A DNA stretch of 63,936 nucleotides, counting the filler, from Dugesia japonica (Eukaryota), in assembly GCA_001938525.1 (NCBI GenBank). It is 6 parts of 6 records of this genome, joined end to end, with 100 filler letters (N's around TTAATTAATTAA, not from the genome) between each part and the next. Parts side by side here need not be neighbours in the genome. Positions count along the whole stretch, not along the records: positions 43,522 to 55,388 come from MQRL01603244.1; positions 55,489 to 63,936 come from MQRL01204504.1; 4 more parts are not named here. The stretch is one strand, 5' to 3'. The position numbers and the translations under genes were made by a program. Position 1 is the first letter of the stretch. Each line of letters opens with the position of its first letter. This document shows positions 55,337-63,936 of this stretch, one piece after another. The notes beneath the pieces are model-generated. The model searched no databases. It worked only from the letters and a program-made list of their open reading frames with translations, and was not told the origin of the DNA.

Positions 55337-56742
55337 TGATTATTGATTATCGATTTTTGATCTGATTGATTCTTGATTATCGATTTTTNNNNNNNNNNNN
55401 NNNNNNNNNNNNNNNNNNNNNNNNNNNNNNNNTTAATTAATTAANNNNNNNNNNNNNNNNNNNNNNNNNNNNNNNNNNNNNNNNNNNNAAAATTGTGGAA
55501 ATTCTTGGTTAATTTTAATTTTTTAAATTGTTTTTTAAATAAAGTTTAAATTATAATTTGGACTTGAAATATTCATATATAATTTAGCATTTTATTTAGG
55601 AAAAAATAATTGGAACATAACCCTTTTATATAATGCGATTTACATTATACAGAATTCTTCTGGAACATAACGTCCGCGTTATACGATGGATACCTGTATA
55701 TTAAATTTGTTTAAATAACACATTAAAATATCTTATTAATACAATATCTTATTTTATATTTGAATAAATTTTAGGAATTTAGTTAGCAATTAACAGTTTA
55801 ATTCTCAAGAGTTGATAAACGCCTCCCCTAATATTGTATCAACGGTAAACACACACACCGAAAGATTGTTGTGAAAATTGTTTTGTTGAGAATGATAATA
55901 AGAGATATTTACACCATGCATGATCAATGAAGGTCTATTAGAAACGTATCGAAAACATTAAAACCATCTAAAGGACTTCAAGCCATACTACGAAATAAAC
56001 TATGTCAATAATTTAGGAAATTTATTGAATTGGAAGCGAAGAGATCAAAGCATACTTTAAAAGGTGGAAGACTTCGTAAACATTTTTGTCTGAGAATCAT
56101 GAATTTACCAAAGAAAATTATTTGTGAAGAATAAAGAAGTAGAGAAAGAAGTAGTTTACAGAAAATAAAAAACACAGATAAACGAAACGCCTACTTTATT
56201 TAATATTCCTCAAGATGTTTAGAATATTTTTACGTGTTTTTCTCCACAAAATCAACGCAGAACATTTAAAATAAAACGATGTTAAAATTGCTTTAATCAT
56301 TTATCAAATAAAATCAGAGTTGGTTTTTATTCTTACTTCGTATTTCGATGGGTTTTAGTTATTCAGAGTTTAATTCTCAAGCGTTGATGAACGTTATTAT
56401 TTTCATAATAATTTTAACATCAATATTGTTTATTGTTGTTTATTCTAATAATATCATTGATATAGATATAATTATCATTATGTTATAAAAATTGTTATTA
56501 TAACAAATATAAATATTCAAATTATTAAATGTTTGTGAAAAAACTATGAGTCTAGTAAAAAAATAATTAATGCGATTGATATCATGAAGTTACTTACTTT
56601 ATTAAATGTACTATTAAACGTACAGTAGACAACGATTACTGATGTTGTTTCGCAGTGTTTTGTGTTTTTTTTTTAATTCAGGTGGTAATTAATTGTCGTC
56701 GTATTATTTGAATTTCCCCATTAATAATTCTAATTGTTTCAG

Positions 56743-59700
56743 GGTGAACATATAAATGCCTTAGCAGAATTCATTAAAGCTGAAATGGAATATCATAGCA
56801 GAACTGCAGAAATCTTAGAATCTCTACATAATAGTATCATTGAAAAGTTAGTTAAATTTTAGTCGTTATTCACATTTAATAAAACAAATTAATAAGGTGG
56901 TCAAATCTTTGTCATTTTTATGTTTTTCATCCTTATTATTCATAGTGTTAAGACTCAAGAGTTTACAAAAACCGGTTGGATTTTTCTGCAAAAAATTATT
57001 TCGTAAAATTAATTTGTTTTAATCTAGTTTTTGTAAATCAAAATCAATAAAAAGATTAACAAAACATTTTTTGATTTTTACTAATTTTATAGAAATAAAT
57101 AAATATCAAGTTTATATAGTTGGATTTTTCAAATGCCAAGTGACGTTACATCACTGAATTATCCATAATAGATTTTCGGTTTAGATTTTAGAGATATTTT
57201 ATTTGTAGTTCATTATGGTTCACACATGGCTCACTATTGGTGCTGTATTTTATAGATAATGACAATATTACATAATAAAATATTTATTTCATTGTATTAG
57301 TTTCCCAATTCGTTCTGGCAATGTTAATATTCGAGGTAATTTGGTGTATAACAATCGTTTTTTAAAATTTCCCTGTCTAATGTGACAGTTATCGTTTTTT
57401 AAAAATTTTGTTTATTGTTTATTTTAATAATAGAATTTATTCATAAATATTTTGTACTGTCTAAAGCGATATGAACTGTATGCAAGAGAATTCTTTAAAA
57501 AATAGAAAAATTTCCAAGATTTAAATTGATATTTCTTATTAAATTTATTCCAAAACTAATTCCAGTTTGCTGATTTTAAACTATCAACTAAACTAATTAC
57601 TATGAAGGCTTTTGATCACAACTCTTTTGCAATAAGATGTTCACGTTTTTTTGACCGGATAATGTTCTATCATTATAGAAGATTATTTACGAATAGGCTA
57701 AAAATTCCTTTGATGTCAGCTGTAAGAAATACTTCATGCCTTAGACAATTTGTCAATTTAAATAAGTTCTTATATAAATGTATTATTTTAAATTTCTTAA
57801 AGAAACAATAATATATAATAAAATATATTTTCATATATATATATATAAAAGAATATTTAAAACATATTCTAAACAAGTTAAGCCACTTTGTTGCGCCGTC
57901 ACACCTCGCCACCTCCTAATTATTATTTTTTCGAATTTTTTTTTTCAATTTTTGTAAAATTCAACCCAACTTTGTAATAATAAATACATTTTGAATGAAA
58001 ACTCGCGATATTATTAATTTAACTAATACTTGTCATGTAATAATTTATTTCAAGGCAATCGTTAGGATTTTTATTTTTAACATTCAAAATCACCATTCTT
58101 GGAATCCTTTCTACGAAACCAGGCAAATATAAATATGCAATTTCAATGCTAATTGTTTTTTTAGTATATATTTGGTCAAATCAAATTCGAATCTTTAGTT
58201 TTACACTTTATAAAAGTTTTGATTGCCTTTATTCTTGAATTCTGATCTTACATAGAGTGTTTGAATTGATGTATATTGCGTCTTCAGCTATTCTTTGGTT
58301 AATATTTCTATTTTACTACACATTGTCTTAACAGTTGCAACATATTTATAAATAATTCTATTTCAAAATATTTTTATTTATATGTAAATCGTATTTAGAA
58401 TTAATAATAAATAAGATGTTTTATTTTATTTTCATATTGTATAGATATTTGTCAAATTTCTCATTTTCTATTGATGTTGTATATTTGCATGTTTAATTAG
58501 TTAGTATTTAAATTGAAATTTTAATAAAATGAAATCTATACNNNNNNNNNNNNNNNNNNNNNNNNNNNNNNNNNNNNNNNNNNNNTTTAAATATTATTGA
58601 TTTATTGAATTGTAATAAACTTTATTAATTGCGATGTCTACTTTGGAAATATAAAATCTAACTGGTGACCATGTAGAAGTTAGTGCCATTACTAAGCAAA
58701 GGAAAAAAGAGCGACAAAAGATTTTTAAAAATCTTTCGCAGGCTACTCAAGAAATGCTAATTCCAAAGCCTACATTTTTTATAACTCTTCAGATACTGCA
58801 GAAGATTGGATCCAAACCACCAAAGAATTTGCCATATTTAATAAAATATGAATTTCTATTGCATTTGATATGATATTATGAGGTTATTCAAAGGAATTGT
58901 GGCAAAAAACCAACACATTACAAAAGAAAAGTGCGAAAGTTTCGATTAACATTTGTTAATAATAAATCGCTAATTGAAAAAATTACAGACCTATTATCAA
59001 TTAAACAAAGTATTGATGTAAAATATCGGAATTTCGAGATAAGAAGGAAAAAAACTTGTCCGCGATATATTTGAAAGCAATGCTTATACATTTTTTATTG
59101 TTCTTATTATGAACTTCTAATTAGAAATTCATTTATATCGTTTTAATTAACTACAGTCAAATATCCGTATAATCATAATTAACCGAACTATATAAATAAT
59201 GTGACCTTAAGAAAAGTGTGACTTTACAGAGATCAATCATAAAAATCTTTGAATAGAATCACTTCATATCAAATTCTGTATTTTAATGTACTGAATAATG
59301 TTTTGTAACATTTATTTGGATTTATTTTGAGAAAAACTACTCTGGCTTTAGCTTGACAGTAGAAAAAGTAAACTTTCTATTTTAATAAAACGCACCATTT
59401 TGGAAAAAAGAAACTGCAATTTGGAAGATTTGTAAACCAACATCATTTTTTACGTAACTCACAGCTTAATTAATAATTTAATTGAAAGTATATTGAATAT
59501 CATAATGTATTTCTCAAGTAAACTATCAAGATACAATTTTAAATAATTTTATTGAATTAAAAATAATTTTTTTTTNNNNNNNNNNNNNNNNNNNNNNNNN
59601 NNNNNNNNNNNNNNNNNNNNNNNNNNNNNNNNNNNNNNNNNNNNNNNNNNNNNNNNNNNNNNNNNGTCCGATAAGATTTTAGACAGTAAAAATTAAATAT

Positions 59701-62700
59701 AGTTCAACAAAATCTTTTACCAACTACTATTTTTATTTATTTTTTTTAATTATTTCTATAGAAGCGAAGAATGCAATAGTAAGGCGCCAGTGTCACAAAA
59801 GGTGTGTTCTGTAAAGAAATATTCGATGAGTGATAACATTTCAAGTAACAGTGAAACTGATAATTCTGAACAACTAGTCAAGTTATCTATTAAAAAGAAG
59901 CACGACTGTAATTTCATTTAAATGAACAATTTTATAATTGCCTTGTTTTACTCTAAAGCATTACAATCATCTCAAAAAACACCTAGTTGTCGAGCACTTT
60001 ACGATTTCAGAGCGGAAAATTCAATGGAATTAGAATTCAATGAAGGAGATATTATAAAACTTATTCAACAAGTAAGACTTTCATTTTTTTTAAAGATTAA
60101 CGGTTTTATATGCCTTGCTTGTTATTTTGCGTATTGTTTCATTTTACCACAATTAGAATAACTAATTTGTTAATTATCTAGCTTTGGTATAATAATTATA
60201 CGGACATGTGTGTCCGTGTGTGTNNNNNNNNNNNNNNNNNNNNNNNNNNNNNNNNNNNNNNNNNNNNNNNNNNNNNNNNNNNNNNNNNNNNNNNNNNNNN
60301 NNNNNNNNNNNNNNNNNNNNNNNNNNNNNNNNNATTTCTAAATTATCATTGAGTACTAAGTTGTGTTTCTGTCTTTTGTTGGATGTTTCATTGAAAGTAT
60401 TAGTTTTGGAATAATTATTCTTATGCCTCTGGTGGTTATGACAATTAGTGCAGCGATCTGAGAGAATTTTCTAATATTAGACACTTTCTATAAAAGGAGC
60501 AAATCCAAAGAACGAATCAAAATCCATTGACTTATTTTAGCAATCTGTTGTGACACCAAACTATAAGCTAAATAATTCTTGTATAGCATACTGTCTTGAG
60601 TATTGAACTCAGAGTAAATTGGCAAGGTTTGAGAAGATTTGTGTGTTTATTTTACTCCAATGAAGCTCAGGGAAGTAGCGAAGAAAGTTACAATTAGAGA
60701 TAAAATCAAAATTTTTAAGTTATAAAAATTCCGTTTAAAGATTAGAGTTAAATTTCTAATTATTTGGCTTTGTTTAATTTGTTTGAAAAGCAAGTTTAAA
60801 TCTTTCTGTTTTATTTGATTAATAGCTTATGAATTCTAAAAATGTTTAAATTTTACAGTGAACGTTTTAGAAACTCTAATTTTTCCTAATATAATAATTA
60901 ATTATTTCATTTAAAAATTAATAAATACTCAAAATAATTAAAAATTTTAAATAGTTACTTCAAAACAAACTTTTATATTAACAAAAAAAATAATTTTAAT
61001 ATTTAATTATTTATCTTGCAAATTAGAAATTAATAAAATCAATTAAAAAAAATTAAATACGAATTATCTTAGAATGATTAAATATCGATTGGATTTTTTG
61101 GATAAGCTGCTCTGTATGTTCATGAAATGTATTAATCTATTTATAAATTGCTTTGTAAACCTTTCAACTGTGAAAATTACGCTTATATTGATTCTGTTTT
61201 TACGCGATAGATAAGTTCCTCGACAACTCTCGTAAAAAATGAAAGCATATCTATTTAAAAAGCGGGAATTGGTTCTACATTTTAAATATCAACTAAAATA
61301 AGGTGTATAAAGTATAATGTAAATTCATGGTTTTCACGTGCTTTATACACACATTTTATTTAAATAAAAAGTAAAAGAAAATAAATAATTCATTTAATAA
61401 TTATTTTATAATAAAATCATAATTTTAGATTAAAAAAAACATTCAAAATTTTAATAAAAAATTAAACCACCTAAAAACAGTGTGCAATATATTTTTTGGA
61501 ATCTCGTAAAAACAAAGTTAGGTGTATTAAAAATATCTAGTTTAAATGGAAAATTTGCTAAATTTTCAGATATAAAATATACAAAAATTGAAATTATTCA
61601 TTATAAAATTTTAGGATGGTTTTGAAGGATTTGTTAGAAATGATTGGTTTGTATTAAATAAAATATGTTTATTTAATATTATTTAGATTTTAAATGGTCT
61701 CCTAATTAATTGCCAACTTATAATATTTTAATTTAACATGTATATTATTCTGCATTTAAATTCAAAACTTTAAGGTAGGGGTCTCAAAGTCAAATTATCT
61801 CTCGGGTCGCATGAGATAAAATGAGTTAGTCTGAGGGCCTCACAAATACTGTAACTCACTGTAACATTTTGTTGCCGTGTATACAATACTATTAGTAATA
61901 GTATTACTAATTAATCGTATTATATTTTATTCGTTAGTTAAATCTTACAAAGATAATTTTTTTTGAATAAATTAATCATTTTAATCAATTTCTATTGGCT
62001 AAAATTCTTCATAATCATTTCCTTATAGTATTCATATTATATGTTTAGTAATTTTAGTAGGGTAATTATTACAAACCATAGAAATATTATTTTTAAATAA
62101 ATAAAATAAGTATTAAAACATTTATTATTCTGAAGATGATAAATATTATAAATATTATTATTCTGAAGATGATAAATATTATAAGAAAATAATTTGTTAA
62201 TATTTACTGTATATTATAAAATAAAAATGAAATCATATTTCAATTAAAAGATATAATTATTTACAATCAAAGTAAAGCTGTATTTTTTTTACAAGTACTC
62301 TTTGCTAGTCCCAGTGAAGCATCACGGGCCTCGTGTTTGAGACCCCTGCTTTAAGGTATTATATGTTTATTATGAATATCAAACTAATTAAAAATTGAAA
62401 AAAAAATTTGGGCTTTTAGAAACTCCAAAATATTAAACACCTCTGATTATATAATTGATTAAATTAATTATATTATTTTTTTAATATAATTTAAAATTTA
62501 ATTTTTTTGAAAAAAAAACTGGATTTTTGAGTGGGTGGAAAAATTTAACTTTGACGTGTCTTATAAATATTAAATGTAAAGCAAAAGAAACACACCAACA
62601 AAATTGCATGTAATATTATGCATTTTTTAATGTGTGCTTGAAATTTAGATATTTAGTTCTAATTTGGTTCTTCTATTTTTCAAATTTGCATCTTTAAATT

Positions 62701-63520
62701 AATTAAAACATTAAAAATGTTGTAAAAATATTGTTGTAATTTAATATAAATATTATTAAATATATATTTTGTTGTAACATAATTTTTAATGATAATTCAA
62801 AGCATTTAATTTGAACAATTCTTTATACAATAATAAAAAGTTAATCAATAATGTAATCTTCGTCATTGAATTGCTGTTGATATGTTTGGTCAATTCTCAA
62901 CATTTTTGACGGTTATCCTTTTTTCAATAGAACAATCGAACTTGAATGATCGGCCGGATTGACCAGTATCTTGAATGATTTATGTGTCATTTCATAATTT
63001 GTTGAACGAATCCTTTGCAGTACTACAAAACCTATCCGTACACAGTACAAATATCTCGGACCACTTCTACAACTTTTGTACCTCAATTAAAAGCGAATAA
63101 AAGTAGATGTCTAAAATGTTGTTTTCTTGTCTACTTGGCATTGCATTTCTAAAAGTTCTAAGATTTAAAACCAATTTACTGACAAAAAATTGCTGAGATT
63201 CTGTAGAGCACAAAAATAAATTTCAAATTTATGTTATTTTTCAAAAATAAAAATGATGTGTTTAAATTAACAATTTACAATAAAAATAACGAAAAACTAT
63301 GGAACAACCCAATAAATTTTTATTATTCTGTAAAAATGAGGCTATTTTAATTAAAAACAAAAGTTTATTACTAATTTTTATTATTAATATTATTATGCTA
63401 TAAATATATAACTATTTTATTTTAAAGGTTGACGATAGCTGGTTTGAAGGAGAAATTAATAACAGGAAGGGATTCTTTCCAATTAATTATGTAGAAGTTT
63501 TGATCCCATTACATGAATAA
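56743..63520 (+). CDS. SH3GL: Endophilin-A (BAR C-terminus, linker, SH3), last four exons
   Basis: Exons 56743-56846, 59762-59907, 59959-60071, 63428-63520 with compatible phases: EHINALAEFIKAEMEYH..EIL; PSCRALYDFRAENSMELEFNEGDIIKL..VDDSWFEGEINNRKGFFPINYVEVLIPL. Confidence 0.9.
58640..59090 (+). mobile_element. Possible hAT transposase relic in endophilin intron
   Basis: KYEFLLHLI*Y.I...SKEL resembles hAT FEFLL...IWY.IL...SK.LQ; very decayed. Confidence 0.35.
61776..62348. mobile_element. hAT MITE in last endophilin intron
   Basis: TIRs TAGGGGTCTCAAA / TTTGAGACCCCTG; perfect 8-bp TSD CTTTAAGG. Confidence 0.92.
62880..63150 (-). mobile_element. Possible Merlin (ISXO2-like) transposase relic
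   Basis: Frameshifted pieces VLCTD...HINHS..LVNP...SIEKG* recall I.TD.W...H..VNHS..FV.P...TIEG.W. Confidence 0.4.
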
Positions 63521-63706
63521 TTTTGAAATTTTCATGTCGTTTTGGTGCTTATTGATTTCTAATACTAACCTTAACCCCTTTTTAGTCAATCTAATTTAAA
63601 TATCTGGCATATAACAAATGTCATTCAAGTAATGTTTAAAATTTGATTGATAAATATACATTTCAATTTTTCTTATTTGTTCGTTTATATTGAATAATTT
63701 ATGATG

Positions 63707-63916
63707 CTAAAAGCTATGTTTGAATCCAAGTTTGATATGGATGTATAGTGGTAGTCTTCGGTCTCTTGGCTCTTCAAAGAATAACTGGTTAATACCAGTC
63801 AGTGAAGTGCGTGCCAGTTTCTCTGTTTCGTTCATTCTTGGTGTGCTTACAAGTACAATTCCTTTCATCTTGTAAGTAGTTTCCTCAGAATCGTTTATTT
63901 TGTTATTTGTTTCCAT
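63707..63916 (-). CDS. Small ORF or last exon of unknown function, convergent with endophilin
   Basis: 69 aa, GC above background, no recognisable motif. Confidence 0.3.
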   Translation of the reverse strand: METNNKINDSEETTYKMKGIVLVSTPRMNETEKLARTSLTGINQLFFEEPRDRRLPLYIHIKLGFKHSF

Positions 63917-63936
63917 AAAATTAACACTTGAGTTGT

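Noticed and set aside
60334-60790. LINE relic on the minus strand
   Set aside because: No diagnostic RT or APE motif could be read.

Overview
Very AT-rich eukaryotic (animal-like) genomic DNA with several ~45-bp introns, so the prokaryote-style ORF track is only partly informative. It is not one contiguous locus: five artificial 100-bp spacers (N44-TTAATTAATTAA-N44 at ~9406, 21288, 31371, 43422, 55389) join six contigs. Host genes: a terminal RING exon, SIRT1, an intronless PABPN1-like RRM gene, the 3' half of endophilin-A and one orphan exon. Most other recognisable sequence is decayed mobile DNA. This includes at least five Polinton/Maverick (adintovirus-like) fragments (pPolB, integrase, ATPase, adenain, major/minor capsid, three related AGTAG termini), Ty3/gypsy remnants (one with very short LTRs), hAT, pogo, mariner and MULE-like elements, and satellites. 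Best leads: a dispersed repeat carrying a minimal type I hammerhead ribozyme, a pPolB with N-terminal C2H2 fingers ahead of a Cys/His protease-like module, a 75-bp GC-rich hairpin at a Polinton-like terminus, and small GC-rich repeats/hairpins in one Polinton. All calls were made by eye, without database searches; I cannot support a wholly new system with confidence.
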